Shown piece by piece: positions 1 through 9,127 of a stretch of DNA of 64,000 bases. The notes beneath the pieces were generated by a model that did not search any database, was not told the DNA's origin, and saw only the letters and a program-made list of their open reading frames with translations. The stretch's first letter is position 1. The number at the start of each line of letters is the position of its first letter. The stretch is from an uncultured Gemmatimonadales bacterium (GTDB taxonomy: Bacteria > Gemmatimonadota > Gemmatimonadetes > Gemmatimonadales > GWC2-71-9), in NCBI GenBank assembly GCA_963730185.1, contig CAVSQW010000006.1, positions 160,001 through 224,000 of the forward strand. The letters run 5' to 3'. Both the position numbers and the translations under genes were made by a program.

Positions 1-1004
1 CCGTGCGCCTGCGGGCGGCGCAGCGCCACCAACGCTCCTCGGATCAGGTAGGCGATCGGGTCACCGGAGGCGCTCCGGAACTCGGCCGTGATCCGGGTGC
101 CCGGAAGCACCCCGAGATCGAGCAGCCGCCGGCGCTGCGGCCCCTGGACCTCCGGGGCGAGATCCACGACCTCGGCTGACTCGCCCGGCCGAAGGAGGTC
201 GAGCCGCTCGAACAGTACGGTGTGACCCTCGGCCTCGGCGACCGGCTCGACGGTGACGCCGGCCGCCTCGAGATCCTCCAGCCTGGTGGCGCGGCCGCCC
301 ACCAGGACATGCACGTCGCTGCCCTCCTTCGCGATGACCTTGATCGGGGCGGCTGGGACGAAGCCGGCCGCGACGAGCCGCCGATAGACGGGCTCGGGTT
401 CGTCTTCGACATGGACGACATTGGCCGTCGCGCCGGGCGCGAGGGTCGCGAGCGAGACCCCCTCCAGCGGCGGCAGCTTGCCTTGGGCGGTGGGGATCGG
501 GTCGCCGTGAGGATCACGCAGCGGGTCGCCCAGCCGAGCCGCGAGGGCCTCGACCTGACCTTCCGTCAGGGCGTGCTCGCGGGTCTCGGCCAGCGGGTGC
601 CACTGAGCCGGCGCGAGTCCGGTGTGATCGGCGAAGTAGCGTTCCAGCAACCGATGGGTCCGGAGGATCCGGAGCGCGTAGGTGCGACCTTCGGGGGTGA
701 GCCTGAGGCCGGGCTCGTCGTAGGCAGCCAGCCCGAGCGCGGCCAGGCGCGAGGCCAACACATGGGCTCGCCACCGCGCGATCTCGAGGGCGCCGGCCAG
801 ACTGGTGACGGCCACCGGCTGGCCGGCCAGCTCGCCGTTGATCAGCTGCTTGAGCGCGTCCTCGACCAGCACCCGCTCGGAGAGGCGCCGGAGTCTGGCG
901 ATTCTGGCCACCACCCCTCGGCCGGGCCAGAAGAGCACCGCCATCGCCGTGGCGACAAGGCCGAACCAGAGCAGGGAGGTTGCGGGATCAACGGCCGGTA
1001 GCAT
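1..1004 (-). CDS. DtxR/MntR-family metal-dependent regulator with N-terminal TM segment and FeoA domains (runs off the window edge)
   Basis: Manual minus-strand translation from ATG 1004: MLPAVDPATSLLWFG...LTPEGRTYALRILRTHRLLERY...DPHGDPIP...RRRLLDLGVLPG...GDPIAYLIRG. Not in the ORF track because no stop codon falls in the window. Confidence 0.88.
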   Translation of the reverse strand, partial: MLPAVDPATSLLWFGLVATAMAVLFWPGRGVVARIARLRRLSERVLVEDALKQLINGELAGQPVAVTSLAGALEIARWRAHVLASRLAALGLAAYDEPGLRLTPEGRTYALRILRTHRLLERYFADHTGLAPAQWHPLAETREHALTEGQVEALAARLGDPLRDPHGDPIPTAQGKLPPLEGVSLATLAPGATANVVHVEDEPEPVYRRLVAAGFVPAAPIKVIAKEGSDVHVLVGGRATRLEDLEAAGVTVEPVAEAEGHTVLFERLDLLRPGESAEVVDLAPEVQGPQRRRLLDLGVLPGTRITAEFRSASGDPIAYLIRGALVALRRPQAH

Positions 1005-1044
1005 TATGGGCTAAATCCAATATTAGCTGTATTAAAAAACGTAG

Positions 1045-1060
1045 TTTAGGCTAGCCTAAA
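1045..1060. promoter_or_regulatory. Perfect palindrome TTTAGGCTAGCCTAAA, likely DtxR/MntR operator
   Basis: 16-bp perfect inverted repeat in an AT-rich patch directly upstream of the DtxR-family gene; resembles DtxR-type TTAGG..CCTAA boxes. Confidence 0.75.
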
Positions 1061-1100
1061 TTCCTTCGCCGGTCAAGCCCCTCAACCGGCCCCGACCGGC

Positions 1101-1685
1101 TCAGTCCTCGGCCGACAAGAGCTGGAGCAACGGGGTCAGGATCCGCTCGGTCATCCCCCAGACCACGCCTTGCGGCAGGTGGTAGCCCGGGAACCGGATT
1201 CGGGAGCCGCGGAGCTGATACTCGTAGGGACGGTAGATGTCGGGGACGATCAGGCGGTCGACGTCGGCCCAGAACGCCTCCGCCACCTCGTGGTTGGGCA
1301 CCGGTCGGCGGTGGGCGGGCAGCCGGAACACATAGGGTCGAACCAGGACCGGCGGGAGGCTGGGCGTGCGGGGGGCGATGTCGTCCAGCACGCCGATCAG
1401 GCGAGCGTCGGCGAGATCGATGCCGACCTCCTCGAGGGTCTCGCGCCGAGCGGTGGCGGTAAGGTCGGGGTCCTCGGGTTGCCATCGGCCGCCGGGAAAG
1501 GCCATTTGCCCGGACCAGCGGTCGTCATTCCGTTCGGCCCGCCGGATGAGGAGGAAGGCGTCGGGGTCGGGGGCCGCGACGATGGCGACCGCGGCGAGCT
1601 TCCGGGCCGGGTCGTCCACCACCTCCGGCCGCCGAGCTTCGAGCCGGCGCGCCAGGCGATCGAGCCGGCTCAGTGGAGGCGACAC
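1101..1685 (-). CDS. Nudix hydrolase, CoA pyrophosphatase-like
   Basis: SGQMAFPGG...TARRETLEEVG Nudix box and VWGMT motif; probable GTG start at 1685. Confidence 0.88.
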   Translation of the reverse strand: MSPPLSRLDRLARRLEARRPEVVDDPARKLAAVAIVAAPDPDAFLLIRRAERNDDRWSGQMAFPGGRWQPEDPDLTATARRETLEEVGIDLADARLIGVLDDIAPRTPSLPPVLVRPYVFRLPAHRRPVPNHEVAEAFWADVDRLIVPDIYRPYEYQLRGSRIRFPGYHLPQGVVWGMTERILTPLLQLLSAED

Positions 1686-1802
1686 GCTCCCCCGCCCGAG
1701 GAGACGACCCCCTCGCACCCGGTGCCGCAATGGTCACAGCGATACTCGTAGCTCGGCATGCGATGCAGATTGCGGGGACCGACCCGCCCGGGGCAAGGGT
1801 GC

Positions 1803-2639
1803 TCAGCTCAGGTTTGCCCCCAGGAACGTGACGGTCGCATCGAAGACCTGTTCGAGCGCCGGCGTCATGCCGGCAAACGGGTGGACGGCCCCGAACGTGT
1901 GCCCCGCCCCGGCGATCCGGACCAGCCGGGCGTTGTCGCCCGCCTCGCGGGCCAGCAGCTCGGCTTCGGCGAACGGGACGGCCTCGTCCTGCTCGCCGTG
2001 GACGATCAGCCACGGCAGGTGGAGCGCCCCGGCCGCCGCCGGGATGTCGAGCACGTCGCCGGCGTGGGCTTCCACGTCGTCGAGGACGTCGGTGTACATC
2101 GGAAGGACCTCGCCGGTACGGCTGTTGACCACGTCGAGTCGCCCCTTCTCCCGCCATTCCTTTCGCTGGCCGACGCTCCAACGCTCGATGGTGGCCACGG
2201 CCGCCCAGGTCGCCAGCGCACCGAACCGGGGGTGCCGGTGGGCGGCGAGGATGGCCATCCCCCCGCCTCGGGAGTGGCCGACGATCCCGACCGAGGTCGG
2301 TCGGGGGGCACCCAGGGCGCCGGTGTCCAGGGCATCCAGCACGGCCGCGATGTCGGCCTGTTCGGCGGTGAAGGTGTTGTGGCCGAACCGTTCGGGCCAG
2401 GCGGACCGCCCGTCGTCGTCGACGCCGCTTCCGCTCACGTTGAAGGACACGGTGACGAATCCGCTCCGGGCCAGTCGTTCGGCGAACGGCGGGAACATGC
2501 CCCAGTCCTTGAAGCCCTTGAAGCCGTGCAGGACCAGCACGGCCGGCGCGGGCGACGAGCGGTCGGCGGCGCGCACGTCGATCAGGATTTCGCCGAGGAC
2601 ACCGGGGAGCCGGAATTTCGAGAGCGATGGAGTGGCCAT
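1803..2639 (-). CDS. Alpha/beta-fold hydrolase
   Basis: HGFKGFKDWG, nucleophile GHSRGG, HGEQDEAV, GAGHTF. Confidence 0.88.
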   Translation of the reverse strand: MATPSLSKFRLPGVLGEILIDVRAADRSSPAPAVLVLHGFKGFKDWGMFPPFAERLARSGFVTVSFNVSGSGVDDDGRSAWPERFGHNTFTAEQADIAAVLDALDTGALGAPRPTSVGIVGHSRGGGMAILAAHRHPRFGALATWAAVATIERWSVGQRKEWREKGRLDVVNSRTGEVLPMYTDVLDDVEAHAGDVLDIPAAAGALHLPWLIVHGEQDEAVPFAEAELLAREAGDNARLVRIAGAGHTFGAVHPFAGMTPALEQVFDATVTFLGANLS

Positions 2640-2838
2640 GGTCACCCACGGAAACGGAGTCTCGGACCCGCGCGCAACAGGGTTGCCTGACGGGTCGCGT
2701 CGAACGACCTTCAACGGAGTCGGTCTCCCAAATTGGGGGGCGGGCCGACCGATTGCCAGTTCCAGGGCGGCGGACCCAACCGTCGTCGGGTCGGACGGAT
2801 CGCCGACATCGAGCGGGTCTCTCCGAAAGGGGTCTCCT

Positions 2839-3405
2839 CTGCGGGCATCTCATCCCACGCTGGTGGCGGCGAGCCGCGCGATCGCGGAGCACCGCGACGC
2901 CATGGCGGCTCGCTGGATGGAGTGGCTCGGCGATCGAGTCACCGGCACGACCGCGGCGTCCCCGGAGCTGGTGGAGGAGGAATTCCGCCTGATCCTCGAT
3001 CTGTTCGCGGTGCTGGTCGGCCCGATGCGACGGGAGGCCCGGCCCATCTGGCAGCGCGTCGCGGAGCAATACGGTCGCCAGGCCGCCGCGCGCGGCCTCG
3101 CCGCCGGTGAGGTGGTGGAGGAGATGCAGTACCTGCGCGAGCTCCTGATCCGGTATCTCTCACCGGCGATCGCCGCGGTGCGGCCCCGGCAAGGGATGGC
3201 GCTCCTGCTCCGGCTCAACCGGCTGGTGGACCGGGGCGTGGCGATGGCGGTGGTCGGCTACACCGACGCGATGGTCGCCACCCTCCTGCCGCAGGGCGAC
3301 GGGCGCTCGGCCCCGACGGCCGCACCCGACCCCGACGAGGAGCGAGCTCGGTTCGCCTCGCTCCGCGAAGAGCTCCAGCACATCCTGGTCGTCGGAGCGG
3401 CCTGA
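2839..3405 (+). CDS. RsbRD-N-like all-helical protein
   Basis: C-terminal part of ORF 1366..3405 (...YGRQAAARGLAAGEVVEEMQYLRELL...); start uncertain (CTG 2839 or ATG 2902). Confidence 0.55.
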   Translation: MRASHPTLVAASRAIAEHRDAMAARWMEWLGDRVTGTTAASPELVEEEFRLILDLFAVLVGPMRREARPIWQRVAEQYGRQAAARGLAAGEVVEEMQYLRELLIRYLSPAIAAVRPRQGMALLLRLNRLVDRGVAMAVVGYTDAMVATLLPQGDGRSAPTAAPDPDEERARFASLREELQHILVVGAA

Positions 3406-3502
3406 CCCTTTCGCGAAAAACCGCGCCGCTTCGCGCGGGTTCGGTTCCCATCCTTCGTCGTTCGAGGCCTAGCGTCGGTGCTCACGCACCGCGCGAGGCC
3501 TC

Positions 3503-6499
3503 GTGTCGCTCAAGCCGTTCCTCACCGCCGTCAAGCGCCTGGAGCAACTCCCGGCCCTGGTCCGCGAGTTGGGACTGGAGCCCACTTGGCACGAACTCGA
3601 TCCCGCCACTCTGCCGGCGGCCACCGAGCTGGTCGGCCGGGCGGCGGTGGTCGGACGGCGCGCGGGACTCCTCGGCCTCGGACTCGAGACGGACACGCCG
3701 GTGCCGGCGGCCCGCGCCGTGGCCCGGCGCCTCTCCTTCCGCGGCCAAGCGGCACTCGTTTTCGCGCTCGACCCGACCCGCCGGATCCTGATCGTCGTGG
3801 CGGCCGCCGGCGACTGTCCCTCGCTGGCGGTCGATCTGGCCCGACCGGCCGCCCACCACCTCGCCCTCCTCGAACGGGGCCGGACCAGCGCCGCGGACAC
3901 GGGCGGGTCGCTGGCCCGGGGTTGGGCCGAGGCACTCTCGGGGCAGGAGCTGGGGGCTCGCTTCTTCGCGGCCTTCCGGCGCACGCTGGACCGGCTGGTG
4001 GCCGCGTTGCCGGGCACCCTTCCCCGCCGCGACCGTCATGCCTTGGGGTTGGTGTCGCTCACCCGAGTGCTGGTCCTCTACTTCGTGCAGAGCCGGGGAT
4101 GGCTCGACGGCCGGGAGCGCTTCCTCCGCGAGGAGCTGGATCGGTGCCTGACCCGGAAGCAGCCGGTCGACGCCACCCTCTTTCGCCCGCTCTTCTTCGG
4201 CACCCTCAACCGCCCACCCGAGCGCCGGCGCCGCGCGTCCCGGCGGTTCGGACGGATCCCGTTCTTGAACGGCGGGCTCTTCGAGGCGCACCCGCTGGAG
4301 CGGCGGCATCGGCCGTCGATTCCCGATCCGGTCTGGCGAGACGCGTTCGACGACCTGTTCGAGCGCTACCACTTCGCGATCCGGGACCCGGACGAAGGCA
4401 CCACCACCATCGGGCCCGACATGCTGGGCCGGGTGTTCGAGGGGGTCATGGACCCCGACGAACGCCGCGGCGCGGGCGTCTACTACACTCCGGCCCACCT
4501 GGTGACCGAGGTGGTCGACTCCGCCCTGACCCACTGGCTGGCCGCGCGCGACTTGGGCCCGGCCCGGCTCGATGACCCGGCGCCAGCCGAGCGGCAGGCG
4601 CTGGCCGAGATCACGGTGCTCGATCCGGCCGCGGGCAGCGGGGCGTTCCTCCTGGGCGCGCTGGCCCGATTGGTCGAGGTCCGGGTGGACGGCGGCCAGC
4701 GGCGGAGCCCGGCGACCCGGGCGGTGCTCGCCACCAACCTCTTCGGCGTGGACGTCAATCCCAACGCCGTCCGGCTGGCCGAGCTGCGGCTCTGGCTCGA
4801 GGTGCTCGCGGCGGAGGACGCCGAGGGGCCCGACGGCGTGGCGCCGCTCCCCAACCTCGACGGCTTCGTGCGCCAGGGCGACAGCCTGATCGAGCCGGTC
4901 CAGGCAACGGTGGCGGTCGGCGGGGTGTTGGCCGGACGGGTCGCCGCGATCCGGCGCGGGGTGGCGAGCGCCGTGGGCTCGGCCAAGCGGCGGCTCCTCC
5001 GCCGGCTCCGGCGGGCCGAGCTCGACGCCGCCCGCCAGGCAATCGCCACGGCGGGAGAGCGGGTCGAGGCCGAGCTGAGGGAGGTCCGATCGGCCCTCCG
5101 AGCTCCCGGGCTCTTCGACGACGGGCCGCCGCCCGCTCGGCGGTTGACCCGGACCCTGGAACGGCTCCGCCGAGAGCGGACCCGACTCCGCCGGTTGGCA
5201 CGCCGGCTCCGCGACGCCGACGAGGTCCCCTGGTTCCACTACGGCTCGCAGTTCGGCGACGTCATGGCCCGGGGCGGCTTCGACCTGGTCCTCGGCAATC
5301 CGCCCTGGGTCCGGGCCGAGGCGCTGGGCCCGGCCGAGCGCCGGGAGCTGAAACAGCGGTCGCGATGGTTCCGGGCCGCACCCGACCGCCCGGGCGGCTA
5401 CGCCCACCTGCCGGACCTCTCGATTCCGTTCCTGGAGCGGGCCGTCGCGCTGACCCGCCCGGGGGGCGTCACCGCGATGCTCCTTCCGGCCAAGCTGCTG
5501 ACGGCGGGCTACGCCGCCGTCGCCCGGGAGGAGCTGACCCGGCGGACCACCCTGCTGGTGGCCGCCGACCTGACGGACTCGCATCCCGGGGCCTTCCACG
5601 CCACGGTCTACCCGCTGGCCCTGGTGTTGGGTCGGGCGACGCCCCCGCCGGACCACCGGCTGGCCACCGCGCTGGGCGGGCCGGCGGAAGCACCCGGGGG
5701 CGTCGCCCAGTCGACGTTAGGCAGGGCTCCCTGGATTCTCCGGAGCGACCCGGTGCGGGACGCCTTGGCGGCGGTGCGGGGCGCGCATCCCACGCTGGCC
5801 GACCGCTTTCGGATCCGGCTGGGGGTCAAGACCGGATGCGACGCTGCGTTCCTCGACCCGGGCCCGACGGTGGAGCGGAGTCTGGTCCGTCCGGTCATCC
5901 GAGGACGCGACGTCAAGGCGTTCGCGGTGACACCCGGCCACACGATGCTCTGGACCCATGACGAGCAGGGCGCACCGCTCCGCTCGCTGCCTCCGGCGGC
6001 GGCCGCCCACCTCGCCGGGCACGAGGCGGCGCTCCGCCGCCGGGCCGATCTCGGGACCGAGCCGTTCTGGACGGTGTTCCGGGTCGACGCCGCGCTTCCG
6101 CGCTGGCGGGTCGCGTGGGCCGACCTGGCCCGGCGGCTGGAGGCCGCGCCGCTCCTCGGCCGGACGGTCGCCGGCGCCATCCCGCTCAACTCCTGCTACC
6201 TGCTCGCGACGCCGTCCCGCGACACCGCGCTCCGGCTGGCCGTCTGGCTCAACACCACCTGGCTCCGGGTCGTGGCCCGCTCGCTCGCGACCCGCGCCGC
6301 GTCGGGGTTCGGCCGGTACGGCGCGGCGACCGTCGGCGCCTTGCCCCTCCCCGACTCGGTGCTCGCCGACCAGGCCCTGCTGTCGCTGGGCCGAGCCGCC
6401 CTTCGATCCCAACGACTGGATCAGGCCGGTGCCGACGAGGCGGCGGCCGAGATTCTCCGCCTGCCGGCCGCGCAGCGGGCGGTCCTCCGGGAGGGGTGA
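3503..6499 (+). CDS. Eco57I/TaqI-like N6-adenine DNA methyltransferase (type IIG-like)
   Basis: IPFLNGGLF, GVYYTP, motif I DPAAGSGAF, motif IV GNPPW, TRD-like LGVKTG. Confidence 0.88.
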   Translation: MSLKPFLTAVKRLEQLPALVRELGLEPTWHELDPATLPAATELVGRAAVVGRRAGLLGLGLETDTPVPAARAVARRLSFRGQAALVFALDPTRRILIVVAAAGDCPSLAVDLARPAAHHLALLERGRTSAADTGGSLARGWAEALSGQELGARFFAAFRRTLDRLVAALPGTLPRRDRHALGLVSLTRVLVLYFVQSRGWLDGRERFLREELDRCLTRKQPVDATLFRPLFFGTLNRPPERRRRASRRFGRIPFLNGGLFEAHPLERRHRPSIPDPVWRDAFDDLFERYHFAIRDPDEGTTTIGPDMLGRVFEGVMDPDERRGAGVYYTPAHLVTEVVDSALTHWLAARDLGPARLDDPAPAERQALAEITVLDPAAGSGAFLLGALARLVEVRVDGGQRRSPATRAVLATNLFGVDVNPNAVRLAELRLWLEVLAAEDAEGPDGVAPLPNLDGFVRQGDSLIEPVQATVAVGGVLAGRVAAIRRGVASAVGSAKRRLLRRLRRAELDAARQAIATAGERVEAELREVRSALRAPGLFDDGPPPARRLTRTLERLRRERTRLRRLARRLRDADEVPWFHYGSQFGDVMARGGFDLVLGNPPWVRAEALGPAERRELKQRSRWFRAAPDRPGGYAHLPDLSIPFLERAVALTRPGGVTAMLLPAKLLTAGYAAVAREELTRRTTLLVAADLTDSHPGAFHATVYPLALVLGRATPPPDHRLATALGGPAEAPGGVAQSTLGRAPWILRSDPVRDALAAVRGAHPTLADRFRIRLGVKTGCDAAFLDPGPTVERSLVRPVIRGRDVKAFAVTPGHTMLWTHDEQGAPLRSLPPAAAAHLAGHEAALRRRADLGTEPFWTVFRVDAALPRWRVAWADLARRLEAAPLLGRTVAGAIPLNSCYLLATPSRDTALRLAVWLNTTWLRVVARSLATRAASGFGRYGAATVGALPLPDSVLADQALLSLGRAALRSQRLDQAGADEAAAEILRLPAAQRAVLREG

Positions 6500-8742
6500 T
6501 GGAACCTCCGATGCTGGTGGCCGAGGCCCTGCTCGAGGTCCGCGATCTGCTGGCCGAGGCTCTCAGCCCCGGCGAGCGACGGCCGGCCGCGGCCGTCGCG
6601 GCGAAGATCGCCGAGCTGGCGCTGCCGCCCCGGGCCTCCGATCCCCCGCCCGATTGGCTCCTGCCGGGACAGGTCCGGTCGTACCAGCGCGCCCTCGCGG
6701 CGGTCCGGCGCTTCGGCGGGGCGCTCCTGGCCGATCCGGTCGGCTCGGGCAAGTCGTACGTCGCCCTGGCGGTGGCGCGGCGGTTGGCGGAGGCGCCGGC
6801 CACCGTCGTCGCGCCGGCGATCCTCCTCGACCACTGGCGCGGGGTGGCCGGGCGGCTGGGCCTCCCGGCGTCGGTGACGAGCCACGAGCGGGTGAGCCGG
6901 GGCGAGCCGGCTCCCGGCGCCGGCCCGGTGATCGTCGACGAGAGCCACCGATTTCGTAACCCGGCCACCCGCCGCTACCGGACCCTGGCGCCGAGCCTGA
7001 TCGGACGGCCCACCCTGCTGGTGAGCGCCACCCCGGTGGTGAATCGGATGGACGATCTGGCGCACCAGCTCCTGCTGGCCGTCCCGGACGACGCGCTCCG
7101 GCTTCTCGGGGTGCCCTCGCTCCGGCGGGCGCTCGGTCGCGGCGACGGGCCACCCGCCCTCGCCAACCTGCTGGTGACCGACCGGCGGGCCCGCCGCGGA
7201 TTGCCCGACCGCCGCGAGCTGGTGATCGAAGGCTGGGAGCGGGACGACGACGATCTCGCCCGGGCCGGACGCCTGGTGGCGCGGCTTCGTCTCTCCCGCG
7301 ATCCGGGGGTGGCGTCGTTGATGAAGACCGGCATGCTTCGAGCCCTGGCGTCGAGTCCCGCCGCGCTGCTCGGGGTCACCCGCCGCTACGCCCTCCTGCT
7401 CCACCACGCTCGGGCCGCCCACGCGGCCGGACGGCACTTCGGACGGCACGAGCTTCGCCGGGAAGCCGGCCTCCTGCCAGAGCAGATGGTGATGTGGGAG
7501 CTGCTCGACGACCCCGGCGCGCCGGCGGAGCTGGCCCTGGGCGACGCGGGAGGCCTGGACCGGCTCGAACGGCACCTGCGGGCCTGGATCGAGCGGGGCG
7601 ACCGGAAAACGGCGCTGCTGCGCGACCTGGTGGCGGACCGGCGACCGACGCTGGTGTTCACCGGATGGACCGACACGGTCCATCACCTCCGGCGCGCCCT
7701 GCGGTTGAGCGGTGCCGCGTGGATTACCGGCGACCGGGCCGGGGTAGGGGGCTGCCGCTACCCCCGGCGGGCGGTGCTCGGCGCGTTCGACCCGAGGGCG
7801 TCGAGCCCCGGCATCTTTCGGGAGCCGCCCTGGCTCCTGGTGTCGACCGACGTCGCCGCCGAAGGCCTCAACCTCCAACGGGTCGGACGGGTGGTCCACT
7901 ACGACTTGCCCTGGACCTCGGTGCGACTCGAGCAGCGCGACGGCCGGGCGCTCCGCCACGGGTCCGTCCACCCCGACGTGAGCGTGGTCCGGTTCGGACC
8001 ACCGCCGGCGGTCGAGGCCCACCTGGCGATGGCGCGGCGGCTGGCCCGGAAGGCCGCGCTCCCCAGGCAGGTCGGGGTCGGCCGGCAGGTGAGCGGGATC
8101 TGGCGATGGCATCAGGCCCTCGAGGATCGGTGGGGCGACGGGGCGGGGGCCGCGGGGTGGGCTGCGGGCCAGTCCGACGCCGGCCGGGCCGTCGCCGCGT
8201 TCGCCATCGACGACGGCTCCGGAACGCAAGCCGGGCTGGTCCTGGTCCGCCAGCCAGACGGGCGGTGGCGGGAGGATCCGGCCGCCCTCGCGGTGGCACT
8301 CGAGGGCGCTCGAGCGCCGGAAGGGCCCACCGACCGGGCCGCTCCACCCGACCCGGGCGGCGGCTTGCTGCCCGCCATCCGCCAATGGCTCAGGGCGGCC
8401 AACGGGTGGCACTGGCTTCCGACCGATCCCGATCCCGGTCTGGCCGCGGCGCTCAAGGTCGCGCGGGAGCGTTCGGCCCTGGCCCGCCGGGAACGCCGGC
8501 CCACCGAGGCGAACGAGGCCGATCGGGTGCTCGCGTTCCTGGCGCGGGGCCACACCGCGGGCGAGCGGTTGCTCGCCGCCGGCATCGCCTGGGGCGACCC
8601 CATCGCCTGGCGCCGCGCCGCGGTCCTCGGCGAGCGCCTCATGGCCGCGCGGCGCCCGCTCTCCCTCGAGCTGGTCGCGCTGCTCGTGACCGGTCCGGCG
8701 CCGGGCGGGCCGGCCCCGCCCGCTCTCTCCTTGTCAACTTAG
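6499..8742 (+). CDS. SF2 (SNF2-like) helicase/ATPase
   Basis: Walker A ADPVGSGKS, DESH, SATP, STDVAAEGLNLQ, LEQRDGR; ATG overlaps the methylase stop (TGATG). Confidence 0.85.
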   Translation: MEPPMLVAEALLEVRDLLAEALSPGERRPAAAVAAKIAELALPPRASDPPPDWLLPGQVRSYQRALAAVRRFGGALLADPVGSGKSYVALAVARRLAEAPATVVAPAILLDHWRGVAGRLGLPASVTSHERVSRGEPAPGAGPVIVDESHRFRNPATRRYRTLAPSLIGRPTLLVSATPVVNRMDDLAHQLLLAVPDDALRLLGVPSLRRALGRGDGPPALANLLVTDRRARRGLPDRRELVIEGWERDDDDLARAGRLVARLRLSRDPGVASLMKTGMLRALASSPAALLGVTRRYALLLHHARAAHAAGRHFGRHELRREAGLLPEQMVMWELLDDPGAPAELALGDAGGLDRLERHLRAWIERGDRKTALLRDLVADRRPTLVFTGWTDTVHHLRRALRLSGAAWITGDRAGVGGCRYPRRAVLGAFDPRASSPGIFREPPWLLVSTDVAAEGLNLQRVGRVVHYDLPWTSVRLEQRDGRALRHGSVHPDVSVVRFGPPPAVEAHLAMARRLARKAALPRQVGVGRQVSGIWRWHQALEDRWGDGAGAAGWAAGQSDAGRAVAAFAIDDGSGTQAGLVLVRQPDGRWREDPAALAVALEGARAPEGPTDRAAPPDPGGGLLPAIRQWLRAANGWHWLPTDPDPGLAAALKVARERSALARRERRPTEANEADRVLAFLARGHTAGERLLAAGIAWGDPIAWRRAAVLGERLMAARRPLSLELVALLVTGPAPGGPAPPALSLST

Positions 8743-8780
8743 GAGAGCCGATCTAGCTTCTCCTAGTCTCGTTAGGAGAG
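8725..8780. promoter_or_regulatory. Tandem inverted-repeat operators (TCTCCT-N9-AGGAGA x2), probable PadR boxes
   Basis: CTCTCCT-TGTCAACTT-AGGAGAG (8725-8747) and TTCTCCT-AGTCTCGTT-AGGAGAG (8758-8780); the second overlaps the padR RBS. Confidence 0.7.
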
Positions 8781-8784
8781 CGCC

Positions 8785-9126
8785 ATGTCCGGTCCCGCCG
8801 ACCTCCTCCCCGGCACCCTCGACCTTCTCATCCTGAAGGCCGTCTCGCTCGGCCCGCTGCACGGGTATGGAATCCTGCTCCGGATCGGACAGATCTCGGG
8901 CGAGCGGTTCCAGATCGAGCAGGGCGCCCTCTACCCCGCCCTGTACCGGCTGGTGCACCACGGCTTTCTCGAGAGCGAGTGGGGCACCTCGGACAACAAC
9001 CGGCGGGCGCGGTTCTACCGGCTGACCGTGGCCGGGCGGCGGCGGTTCAAGGCCGAGACGGAGGGATGGGAACGCCTGGTGGCCGCGATGACGGCGGTGC
9101 TCTCGACCCGCCCCGGGGAGGTGTAG
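8785..9126 (+). CDS. PadR-family transcriptional regulator (acidobacterial type)
   Basis: LLPGTLDLLILK..HGYGI..GALYPALYRL..NNRRARFYRLT. Confidence 0.93.
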   Translation: MSGPADLLPGTLDLLILKAVSLGPLHGYGILLRIGQISGERFQIEQGALYPALYRLVHHGFLESEWGTSDNNRRARFYRLTVAGRRRFKAETEGWERLVAAMTAVLSTRPGEV

Positions 9127-9127
9127 G

